Shown piece after piece: positions 37,871 through 49,735 of a stretch of DNA of 64,000 bases. The position numbers were made by a program, and so were the translations under genes. The stretch comes from Malacoraja senta (taxonomy: Eukaryota), in contig CM075995.1 of NCBI GenBank assembly GCA_038087875.1, forward strand, positions 8,806,001 to 8,870,000, in the 5' to 3' direction. The notes below the pieces were generated by a model that was given only the letters and a program-made list of their open reading frames with translations, did no database searches and was not told the origin of the DNA. Within the stretch, counting starts at the first letter, position 1, and the number at the start of each line of letters is the position of its first letter.

Positions 37871-39085
37871 GTATTGCGTCGTGTACGGGAGCCTGATGGT
37901 TGATGGTGAGAAGCTACCTTGAACCTGGTGGACAGGGGTTTTTATACCTATTCATGATGTTAGGTGTAAATTCCCACCTTCTCGAAGGCAGGAGTGAAAT
38001 GAGTGTGTGGCCAGGGAGGTGTGCGTCTCTGATGCTGGCTGCCTATTTGAGCCTGTGCCTCGTGTACATCCCTTCGATTCAGTTTAGTTTATTGTCACGT
38101 GTACCGAGGCACAGTGAAAAGCTTTTGTTGCGTGCTAACCAGGCAACGGAGAGACAATACATGATTACAATCAAGCCACCCACAGTGTGCAGATACATGA
38201 TAAGGCAATAACGTTTCGTGCAAGATAAAGCCAGTAAAGTCTGAAAGTAGTAAATGTTGATGTAGGAATATAGATTTAAAAGTGTGGAGCGATTGTAGAT
38301 CTGCTTCTGTGGCCAACACGCAGTCACCTGGGTTGGCGCCATCTTGGAAGCTATACCAGGGTGGGGAGGTCAGTATCTGTGATGGGCCGAACAGTGTCTA
38401 CACTCTGTGATCTCAGTTTAAACTCTAATATTATTTATATTGGGTGGCACAGCGGTAGAGTTGCTGCCATACAGCGCCAGAGACCCAGGTTCAATCCTGA
38501 CTACAGGTGCTGTCTGTACAGAGTTTGTACATTCTCCCTTTTTCTCCGGGTGCTCCGGTTTCCTCTCACACTCCAAAGACAATAGGTGCAGGACTAAGCC
38601 ATTCGGCCCTTCGAGCCAGCACCGCCATTTAATGTGATCATGGCTGATCTTCCCCAATCAGTACCCCGTTCCTGCCTTCTCCCCATATCCCCTAACTCTG
38701 CTATCTTTAAGAGCCCTATCTAGCTCTTTCTTGAAAGTATCCAGAGAACCGGCCTCCACCGCCCTCTGAGGCAGAGAATTCCACAGACGTACAGGCTTGT
38801 AGGTTAATTGGCGTCGGTAAAGATTGCCAATTGTTGCTAGTGTGTGGGTTAGTGCCAGTGTACGGGTGATCGCTGGTCGGCGAGGACACATTGGACCCTG
38901 GGGCCTTTTTCCGTGCTGTGTCTCTAAACTATACCATATTAATGTCGGAAACAACTTTCAGCTGCTTAGACGCGATAACGTACCTCGATTTAATTTTTTT
39001 CAATCGAGACAAAATGACTTTCTGAATTGTAGTGTAATAATCTCTGATGGTTTATGTGGCCGGCTGTTATTTCTTTCTTTACTAG

Positions 39086-39219
39086 CTAAAGCAGCATCGA
39101 AGAGAAAGGAGAAGGACATGCAGTACGTGCAAAGAATGAAATCCAAGTGGATGTTGAAGACAGGAATGGCCAACAACAAAACAAAGCAGATGCACTTTAG
39201 ACAACAAATTCTGTTTTAG
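39086..39219 (+). CDS. ZNF622: ZNF622 final exon
   Basis: actag| (A)KAASKRKEKDMQYVQRMKSKWMLKTGMANNKTKQMHFRQQILF*. Total from ATG 23801 is 1413 nt, 470 aa. Confidence 0.95.
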
Positions 39220-39457
39220 AAACTGTGGACTGTAGTTCTCAGTGTGTACCTGTCAATGATGGAAACCAAAAAGCAACATCAATAACGGGGGGACTTTCAG
39301 TTGTATTTTGGGAAGGAGGGTGGGGGTTCTCCAAATGTCTCTTTCAGGTTAATATCAAAACATTGGGAATTGTAAAGGATCAAAGCATTGCCTTAAAACC
39401 ATTAAAAAGTATTGTACCACACACTGCTTAATGTAATTAAACTTAATTTTGCTCCAA

Positions 39458-39463
39458 AATAAA
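39458..39463 (+). terminator. Candidate ZNF622 polyadenylation signal (AATAAA)
   Basis: AATAAA about 240 nt after the stop; ATTAAA also at 39401 and 39436. Confidence 0.6.
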
Positions 39464-41759
39464 TCTTCGGCATTCCACGTGCCATAATTTTGGCTTTATA
39501 CCATCTGGACCATCACAGCAATAACTGAGCTAATCATCTGATTTCAGTTCTATCTTTTCTGTAGTTAATGGAAAAGCTTGAATTGTGATCACTCCTTTTG
39601 GTATCTTTCACTCGTAAACTAACCTCAATAGTATGAGCATTTAGACCTTGTTAGTGGTGGAGGTTTTGTTCAGTCTAACCTCAGGCAGCACAGTGGCTCA
39701 GCGGTAGAGTTGCTGCACCAGAGATCCTGGTTTGATACTGACTGCGGGTGCTGTCTGCGTTTGTGACTGCGTGGGTTTTTCTCCAGGTGCTCCAGTTTCT
39801 TCCCATACTCCAAAGATGTACAGGTTTGTAGGTTGATTTGGCTTGGTATAAATGTAAATTGTCCCTAGTGTGTGTAGGATAACGTTAGTGTATGGGGATC
39901 GCTGGTCAGCATGGACAGGGTGGGCCTCGGGGCCTGTTATCCCGCTGTAGCTCTAAACTAATTGAAATGTCCCGTGAACAATTGTGAAAACTCATAATTT
40001 ATTCCGCTATCATAATTTTCTCTGCCACCTTTAGTTACTGGGTTCCTGCTGTTGCCCTAAGTGCAGTCTTTGTGCTGGCATTTTGTCCAGATTGACGTTT
40101 GAATTAATTTTTTACCGGCTGGTGGGCAAGGTCATACATTCTGGAATCTGGTCGTCTATAAATATATTCGGACTTTAGAGGATGAGGGGAATCTCATTGA
40201 AGCCTGCTGGATAATGAAAGGCTTATAGATGCGGAGAGGATATTTCCGCTAGTGGGAGAGACTAGAACCAGAGGGCACAGCCTCAGGAGATAAAGACATA
40301 ACCTTTAGAATGGAGATGAGGAATTTCTTTACCCAGAGGGCAGTGAATCTGTGAAATTCATTTACACGGTGGTAGAGTTGCTGCCTTACAGCACCAGCGA
40401 CCCAGGTCCAATTCTAACGAGTGCTGTCTGTACGGATCCCTCTAAACCTATCCTATCCATGAACCTGTCTAGATATTTCTTAAATGTTGCAATATTACCT
40501 GCCACAACTACCTCCTCTGGCAGCTCGCTCCATACACCCACCACCCTTTTATGTGAAAAAGTTCCTCTAAAGTCTAAACCCTTCCTACCCATGTACATGA
40601 GCAAATCCATTGTGGTAAATGGTATACTTTGTTGATTCGTAGAATGAATGGATTTGTTGAGCAGGTTGGGCCTGTACTCATTGGAGTTTGAGGTCTGGGA
40701 GACTATCTCATCAAAACATGAGTCACGGAGTCACACAGAACGGAAACCGGCCCTTTGGCCCAACTTACACATGCCAACCAAGAAGTCCCATCGAAGCTCG
40801 TCCCACCAGCCTGAGTTTGGCCCATATCCCTCTAAACCTTTCCTATCCCTGTGTACATGTAAAAATCTGAGGGAGTTGACATGGTGGATGTTGAGGTGAT
40901 GCTTCTTATCATAGTCCTCGGTTGGGGTCAAGGAAAGAGTGTTCACGTCGCGGCCCTGTTTCCACCACCACGCACAAGAAGCGACAAGACAGACACCATT
41001 GTATGCAGATGCCGAGAAGTGTGTTCAGCTCTGGCTGAACAACTTATAATCTTGTGTGTGGACTCGATAAGAAGAAGATAGTCCTCTGTTTCTTGATTCC
41101 CTTACTCTGAGTAGAATACTCTGTGCATTTACCCTAACTATGATATGATCTATATACCTCTTTAATTTCATCCTCCTGTGCTCCAAGGAATAGCCTGCCC
41201 ATCCACACCTGATAGCTCAGGCCCTCCAGTCCTGACGATTGGAGAAAAGGGGAATTTGTACCAGAACAGTACAGCATAGGAACAGGCTATTTGGCCTACA
41301 ATGTCTGTTTGAACATGATGCCAAGAGCAACTCTTATCTGCCATATCTCTCCATTCCAATTGTATGCCCATCCAAAGTCTCTTTTGCACTTTGCCCCCTC
41401 TCACCTTCAAACTATGTCCTCTGGTCTTGGCCATTTCCACCCTGGGGGAGAAAAAAGGTTCTGAATGTCTACCCTACCTGTGCCATCTATACTCATAATA
41501 GATGTAGACTGATGGAGGGGTGGGGTGAGAATAGACTGGAGCGGGCGGAGAATAGGCTGGGGCTGGCGAGTTGGGTGAAAGTTCATATAGGGGACGGGGG
41601 TGGTGAGATGGTGGGGGGGGTTGCTGAGGTGGGATACGAGAATGGAATGGTGGAGCAGTGAGATGGGGAGGTTACTGAGGTGGGAGAGTGAGATTGGGAG
41701 GTGCGCCAGGGAGATGGGGGGGGGGGAGATTGCTGAGGTGACTGTGATGGGAGGGCCCG

Positions 41760-43745
41760 TCCATCACACCCGCACCCCTCCTCACACACACACACCCTCC
41801 TCATGCCTGCTCCCCTCTCATGCCCCGCCATCCCCCACCCTCTTTCACGCCCTTCACCCTCCCCCCACTTCACACACACTCCCCCACCCATCACACGCAC
41901 ACCCCTCACACACACATCTTGCTCCCCACCTCTCACACACCCACCCCTCACACCCTTTCCCCCACCCCTCACACGGTCTTCCTCACACACCTCCCCCCAC
42001 CCCTCACACATACCCCTCCCTTCACACACCCCTCCCCCACCTTCACACATCTCCCCTCCCTTCACACACACCCCTCCCTTCACCCCCCTCTCCCCCACCC
42101 CCACACCCCTCCCCCCCACCCCACACCCACCCCCTCACACACCCTCCCTCACCACCTCACCCTTCACACACCCCTCCTTCACCACACCCACCCACACCCT
42201 TCACAACCCCCTCCCATCACACACCCCTCCCTTCACCACACCCCCCACACCCTCACACCCCCTCCCTTCACACACCCCTCCCTTCACTCCACACCCTTCA
42301 CACCCTTCACACCCCCCCTTCACACACCCCTCCCTTCACACCACACCCTTCACACCCCCACCCTTCACACACCCACCCCCTTCACACACCCCTCCCTTCA
42401 CACCACACCCACCCCCTTCACACACCCCTCCCTTCACACCACACCCACCCCCTTCACACCCCCTCCCTTCACACACCCCTCCTTCACACACCCCCTCCCT
42501 TCACACACCCCTCCCTTCACACCACACCCACCCCCTTCACACACCCCTCCCTTCACACCACACCCACCCCACACCCTTCACACCCCCTCCCTTCACACAC
42601 CCCTCCCTTCATACCACACCCTCCCCCACCCTTCACACACCCCTCCCCCACCTCACACCCCTCCCCCACCCTTCACACACCCCTCCCCCACCTCACACCC
42701 CCTCCCCCACCTCACACCCACCCCCACCCTTCACACACCCCCCCTTCACACCCCTCCCCCACCCTTCACACACCCCCCCTCCCTTCACACACCCCCCTCC
42801 CTTCACACCACACCCACCCCACACCCTTCACACCCCCTCCCTTCACACATCCCTCCCTTCACACACCCCTCCCCCACCCTTCACACACCCCTCCCCCACC
42901 TCACACCCCCTCCCCCACCTCACACCCACCCCCACCCTTCACACACCCCCCCTTCACACACCCCCTCCCTTCACACACCCCTCCCTTCACACCACACCCA
43001 CCCCCTTCACACACCCCTCCCTTCACACCACACCCACCCCCTTCACACACCCCTCCCTTCACACCACACCCACCCCCACCCTTCACACACCCCTCCCCCA
43101 CCTCACACCCCCTCCCCCACCTCACACCCACCCCCACCCTTCACACACCCCCCCTTCACACACCCCCTCCCTTCACACACCCCTCCCTTCACACCACACC
43201 CACCCCCTTCACACACCCCTCCCTTCACACCACACCCACCCCCTTCACACACCCCTCCCTTCACACCACACCCACCCCACACCCTTCACACCCCCTCCCT
43301 TCACACACCCCTCCCTTCACACCACACCCTCCCCCACCCTTCACACACCCCTCCCCCACCTCACACCCCCTCCCCCACCTCACACCCACCCCCTCCCTTC
43401 ACACACCCCTCCCCCACCACACCCTCCCCCACCCTTCACACACCCCTCCCCCACCTCACACCCCTCCCCCACCCTTCACACACCCCTCCCCCACCTCACA
43501 CCCCCTCCCCCACCTCACACCCACCCCCACCCTTCACACACCCCCCCTTCACACACCCCCCCTTCACACCCCTCCCCCACCCTTCACACACCCCTCCCCC
43601 ACCTCACACCCCCTCCCCCACCTCACACCCACCCCCACCCTTCACACACCCCCCCTTCACACACCCCCCCTTCACACCCCTCCCCCACCCTTCACACACC
43701 CCCCTCCCTTCACACCCCCCCCTCCCCCACCCCCACCCCTCCCCC
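41760..43745. repeat. About 2-kb C/A-rich minisatellite (cttcacacacccctccc-type units) upstream of MARCHF11
   Basis: Nearly G-free + strand with higher-order repeat blocks. Confidence 0.95.
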
Positions 43746-44365
43746 CTCTCACCATCCGCCGTCGCGCTCCACCCCACCCCCCCCCCTCGCTCGCGCTCCG
43801 CCCGCCCGCCCGCGGCTGTGATGATCTGAACCGCGCGCTCCAACCGCCGCCCGCCCGCCCGCCCGCCCGCGCCGTGAGGTGAACCCTCCGTCCGTCCCCA
43901 CCACCACCTCCTCCTCTTACTCTCCCCTCACTCACCCCGTCGTCCACGACGCCATGAGCCACCGACACCCGCCTCAGCAGCGGGGGGCAGCGGCGACGGC
44001 GGAGGAGAAGAAGAAGAAGAAGAAGAAGAAGAGGTTCATCGGCGGCAGCGGCTCTCCGCCATCCCCGCCCGCCCTCGATGCCGTCGTCGACGCCGCCGAC
44101 GCCCGGAGCCCGGAGCGCAGCCCGAGTGGGGGCGCTGTAGACGGAGGGCGGCGAGCGGGCGGCGGGCTGGCGGAGCGGGAACGGGCCTATGGTGTCCCCA
44201 CCGACCCCGACCCCGACCTCCCGCTCCCCATCTCCCCCGCCGACGGCGCGCCGTCTCTGGGCAGCAGCGGCAGCAGCAGCGGCGGGAGCAGTGGGGGCGG
44301 CGGCGGCGGCGGCGGCGGCATCACCCCCACCTGCAGGATCTGCTTCCAGGGCTCCGAGCAGGTGA
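43745..44365 (+). promoter_or_regulatory. MARCHF11: CpG island over the MARCHF11 promoter and exon 1
   Basis: Very high GC/CpG content with (CCGC)n GC-box runs upstream of GCCATG. Confidence 0.8.
43954..44361 (+). CDS. MARCHF11: MARCHF11 membrane-associated RING-CH E3 ubiquitin ligase, exon 1
   Basis: GCCATG at 43954; low-complexity N-terminus ending PTCRICFQGSEQ|gtgagt (start of RING-CH); 408 nt, phase 0. The start codon is less certain than the 3' boundary. Confidence 0.88.
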
Positions 44366-45260
44366 GTCGTTTTCACACCTGTGTCCTCCAAAATATTCCA
44401 AATGGAATTTAAAACTGGAGTCGTTTTCACACCTACTCTCTTATCCCTCAGATAAGAACCCTCACCAAAGTTTGAAGGGTGGTGCATCATCAGTCACGCT
44501 GTTTATTAGAGATATAGAGTCAGAGACAGAGACAGAGTCAGGTCCTTCAGCCCAACATGGCAACCAAGACGCCCATCCAAGCCCTTCCCGTTTGCTGCTC
44601 ACAATACAATACCATACTATTTATTTGTTGTCATTTGAACCTCATTGAAGTTCAAACGAAATTTGGTTTCTGCAGTCACACAAAAAGAAAAGAACCAAGA
44701 CACACACCAACACAATTTACACAAACATCCATCACAGTGAATCTCCTCCTCACTGTGATGGAAGGCAATCTCTCCCCTCACCATGTCCCTCTGAACCCTT
44801 CCTCTCCATGTTACACCAGTCCAAATGTCTTTTAAATGTTCATGGGATAGAAGCAGAATTAGGCCATCCGGCCCGTCAAGTCCATGCTATTCAATCGTGG
44901 CTTGATCATCTATCTCTCCCCATGCTCCTGCCTCCTCCCCATAACCCCTGACACCCGCACTGATCAAGAATCCATCTACCTCTGCCATTAAAAAAATATC
45001 CGCTGACTTGGCCTCCACAGCCTTCTGTGGCAAAGAATTCCACAGATTCCTCTGACTAAAGAAATTCACCCTTCCATGTTCCCACCCCCCCCCCCCCCCC
45101 ACTCTGGCATATAACATAATTGTTATATGAAAGATGCTGTCAAGCTGGGACGGCAGACAGACACACAATGCTGGAGTGAACTAAGCGGAACTCAGAGGCA
45201 GCATCTCTGGAGAGACCCTTCTCCAGATGTTGAAGAAGGAACTGCAGATGCTGGAAAAGC

Positions 45261-45288
45261 CTGAAGAAGGGTCTCGACCCGAAACGTC
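45261..45288 (+). ncRNA. Minimal hammerhead-ribozyme motif of the PLE terminal repeat (MARCHF11 intron 1, sense)
   Basis: Identical core ctgaagaagggtctcgacccgaaacgtc. Confidence 0.7.
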
Positions 45289-48200
45289 GCCCATTTCCTT
45301 CGCTCCATCGATGCCGCCTTCACCCGCTGAGTTTCTCCAGCATTTTTTTGCTGTTGTCCACCTTCTCCAGATCTTCGCTTTCAAGTTCAAGTTACATTTA
45401 TTGTCACGTACACCAATTGGTGCAGTGAAATCTGAAGGATGCACAGAGTCTCTTGCCCAGAGTAGGGGAATCGAGGACCAGAGGACATAGGTTTAAGGTG
45501 AAGGGGAGAAGATTTAATAGGAATGTGAGGGGTAACCTTTTTCACACAAAGGGTGGTGGGTGTATGGAACGAGCTGCCAGACGACGTAGTTGAGGCTGGG
45601 ACTATCCCAAAGTTTAAGAAGCAGCTACAAGGATAGGACAGGTTTAGATGGACATGGGCCAAACGCGGGCAGGCGGGACTAGTGTAGCTGGGACATGTTG
45701 GCCGGTGTAGGCAAATTGGGCCGAAGGGCATGTTTCCACACTGTATTGACTCTTTGACTATGAAGAAGAAACCACAAAAAAACCCGGTTTGAAAGCAAGC
45801 CCCTTCCACGAAACAGTTCAAACATCGAGCATGCCGCACCCTTTCATAAAACGGGGCCAAAAAAACACCGGGCAGAAAGCACGCCCCATTCATGAAAATG
45901 TACCCTAACATTAAACGGAACAAACAACGGCCTGGAAGTACGTCCTATTCATGAAACTGCAACAATAAAAACGGACTGTAAGCGCGGCTCATTTATAAAA
46001 CTGCAAAAAGAATGGGCTGAAAGCACTTCATTCATAAAAAATGTGCAAAATAGGGCCGAAAGCAAGTCCCATTCATAAAACTGTGCACCGACGGGATCTA
46101 TCCCGTGTTTCATTTGCAATATAAAGCCGTGCAACAGTTATTTGTAATTCATTGCCATCTGCAACATCACATACTGACTTTCTTGATGACACAAGGAACT
46201 GCAGATGCTGGAAACAAGTTTTTGATAGTGGATGCAATATTAAATAGCCGCTGCCCAGGAAACACACACTGCACTTTCATGCCTTGAATAGTGGAAAATA
46301 TTATTTTAGTTCTGATTCTATGACGTTTTTTAAAAATAGAATTAAAACGCGTGTTATTGTTTGCGGACTGAACATACCTCCATCCTGGCATGGGAGGAAT
46401 TATTATTATTTTAGCTGTTTTATGACGCTCTTGAAAAATAAAAATAAAACAAGTGTAGTTTTATCCGGTCAGAATATACCTCTATCAGGGCGTGGTGGAA
46501 AATATTGTTATTTTAGCAAAACACAAAGTGCTGGAATAACTCAGCGAACCAGGCAGCATCTGTGGAGGGAATGGACAGGCGACGTTTCGGGTCCGCACCC
46601 CTCTTAGGACTAATTTTATTTTGTTGCTCAAGTTTCCATCATGTAGAGTTTCAGATCAAACTGTAGCGTCTCTTTCCCAATTAGGCTTCTGGGACCCTTT
46701 TTCAGACCCGAATGATCGCCTGTTCATTCCCGCCACATAGGCTGCCTGACCCGCTGAGTTCCTCCAACACTTTGTGCCTCGCTCAAGATTCCCAGCATCT
46801 CTTGTGTCTCCGAGTGATTGATTTTAGTTCCAACCTGTTCTGGCGCCTTGCAAGCCGACCCGAGAGTTTGATTTCAGCACCATGGTCAGCGCCGCTCCCT
46901 CTCGGAGGCTGGGGCTTTGAAAGGAGCACAGCACACAGCGAGCTCTGCATTCGCACCGGCGAATACGTTTACACAGAGTTGGGGTTCTTTATTTGCCTTT
47001 TTCACAATTCCACAAGGAATTCCTAGTCGAATCATCAAACTATTACTGCGTTTATTCGGAAAGTATTCCAACAGATTCTGACAATCAGAGATTCTGACAA
47101 GCAAAGTGCTGGAGTAACTCAGCGGGTCAGGCAGCATCTCTGGCGAACAAAGGGCCTGTTTTCCTGCTGTATGACTATGACTCTCTATTTATGGTCATAA
47201 CGTAAACCATGTAAATGAATTTTTGGATATATTAAGAACCGAGTCAGCAGGACCCAACGCACTTAATTCAATAAATGATTATTGAATATTTAAAGGACTG
47301 AATAATTGTGAAATGGGGTTGTTTAACAAACACGGTGGCGCACTCTTGCACTAGAGACCCGGATTCGATCTTTATCTCGGGTGCTGTCTGTATGTGCAGT
47401 TTGCACGTTCTCCCTGTGACTCAGTATGTTTCCTAGAGGTGCTCTGGTGCCCTCCCATATCCCAAAGCCATGTGGGCTTGTAGGTTAATTAGATGAGAAA
47501 GTGGGATAACAGAGAGCTAATGTGAATGGATGATCGATGGTTGGCATGTAGTCGGTGGGCCGAAGGGACTGTTTCTATGCTGTATCTGAAAACAGACAAA
47601 AACAACTTTCATGAGGAATATTTTCATGTCAGTCGTGCTTGTATTCTTGCAATTCTAGAAATGCTCCACAGCAAGAACCTCATGTGTGGGATTCCGTCAA
47701 GTTTGCCAGTGACTCTATGAGTCAACTTCAAATAATGCAGTTGATAGTTTACTTTAGTTGGTTGAGTTTAATTTATTGTCACGTGTACCGAGGAACTGTG
47801 AAAAGCTTTTGTTGCGTAGTTAACCAGTCGGCGGAAAGACTTGTCAGCAGGGAAGTGTATGAATGACTACATTTACAGAGACATGTTGAATGCATATTGA
47901 ATGCATACAGAATGGACATGTATGAAACAGAAAGTTTGCCCTCTCCAGATGTTCTGGGTAAGTTATTTGCGAAGCAAGGAAGTTGCCTGATTTATAAAGA
48001 ATACCCTGCAGTCATGATTGTTCTGCTTAAGGATGTTATTTGTTACTTTTCCAACATACTTTTTCCATGGCTGATTATTTTGGAATCTTTCACGTACACA
48101 ATCCCATGATAAGAGAATGGGAACATTGTTGAAATTTAACCAGTGCCAGCAAGGCACAAATTGATAGAAGATATGTGTCATAGTCATACAGTGTGGAAAC

Positions 48201-49579
48201 AGGCCCTTCGGCCCAAACCTGCCCACACCGACCGACCAATCCCATCTACACTAGTCCCACCTGCCTGTGTTTGGCCCGTATCCCTCTAAATCTGTCCTAT
48301 CCATGTACCTGTCTAGATGTTTCTTAAACATTACGATAGTACCTGCTGATTTTTTATCCTCTTTTTTTTTGGTAATATTTACATCTCTTGATGTATTCAA
48401 GAGAGAGTTCGATATAGCTCTGAGGGCTAACGGAATCAGGGGATATGGGAAGAAAGCAGGATCACTGTACTGATTCTGGATGTTCAGCCTTGATCATATT
48501 GAATGGCGGTGCTGGCTCGAAGGGCCGAATTGGCCTACACCTGCGCCTATTTTCTATGTTTCTAACACTTGGTTGAGATCAGAAATTCATCATGTAACAG
48601 AACACAGGTGGCTAACTGGAAAATGATTCCCTTGCCTATTATTAAGCTATCATAATTAAGTGAACTCAACCTAGCTTTCTAGAAGTTTTATGCTAGCTCT
48701 CTTCTGACATTTTTTCCCATCACTTACAATCAGTCGGAAAAAGGATCGACCCGAAACCACCTATCCATGTTCTCCAGAGATGCTGCCCGACCCTCTGAGT
48801 TACTCCAGCACTCTGTGAAACGTCACCAATCCATGTTCTCCACAGGTGCTGCCTGACCCGCTGAGTTACTCCCGCACTTTGTGTCTATCTTTGGTTGAGG
48901 GGAGACCTGATAGAAGTGTATAAAACTATGAGAGACAAACAAAGTAGACAATCTGAAGAACCATTTTCCCAGGGTGGAAATGTAAAAATGTAGAGGGCTT
49001 AGTAGAGGGACAAAGTTTCAAAGAAATGTGCGATGCAGATTATTAATACAGAGGGTGGTAGATGCCTGGAACACGCTGCCAGGTGTGGTGGTGAAGACAG
49101 ATATGATGGCAGCGGATCATGAGAAGATATGCAGGAAAAGGAGATGATAAGGATAACGTGCCTTCGGAAGAGATTAATTTAACCTGGTTTAGTTTAATTT
49201 AGAGATATCGCAATGAAACAGGCCCTTTGGCTCACCGAGTCCACGCCGACCATCCATCACCCGTACACTAGTTCTACGTTATCCCACTTTCCTATCCTAC
49301 ACACTGGGGGCAATTTAAAGGGGCCAATTAACCTACAAACGGCACGTCTTTGGAATGTGGGAGGAAACCCGGAAACCCGGAGAAAACCCACAGGGCGAAC
49401 GCACAAACTCCGCACACACACACACAGCACTCAAGGTCAGGATCGAACGCAATTCTCTCTCCCTGTAAGGCAGCAATTCTACCGCTGCGCCACTGTGCAC
49501 TATCTATACTGGCTGATGTCAACCATGTTGTCATTTGTTTCACCTTGAATGAACCTTGTTTTCCTTTTGTTGCTCCCAG

Positions 49580-49735
49580 GGTGAATTGCTGAGTCCCTGC
49601 CGGTGTGACGGCTCTGTACGCTACTCCCATCAGCCGTGCCTTTTGAAGTGGATTAGTGAACGAGGGTCATGGAGCTGTGAGATTTGCTGTTACAAATACC
49701 ATGTGGTGGCAATAAGAATGAAAAAACCATGCCAG
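49580..49735 (+). CDS. MARCHF11: MARCHF11 exon 2 (RING-CH)
   Basis: cccag| [52 protein letters not shown] |gtaaag. Confidence 0.96.

Noticed and set aside
41600..43882. Three 670-760 aa Pro/His/Thr-rich ORFs
   Set aside because: All three + frames are open only because the C/A-rich minisatellite can barely form stop codons; no domain or codon structure
43672..44490. 272-aa minus-strand ORF over MARCHF11 exon 1 (similarly 23681-24271 over ZNF622)
   Set aside because: Antisense shadow of GC-rich coding sequence; no independent homology recognised
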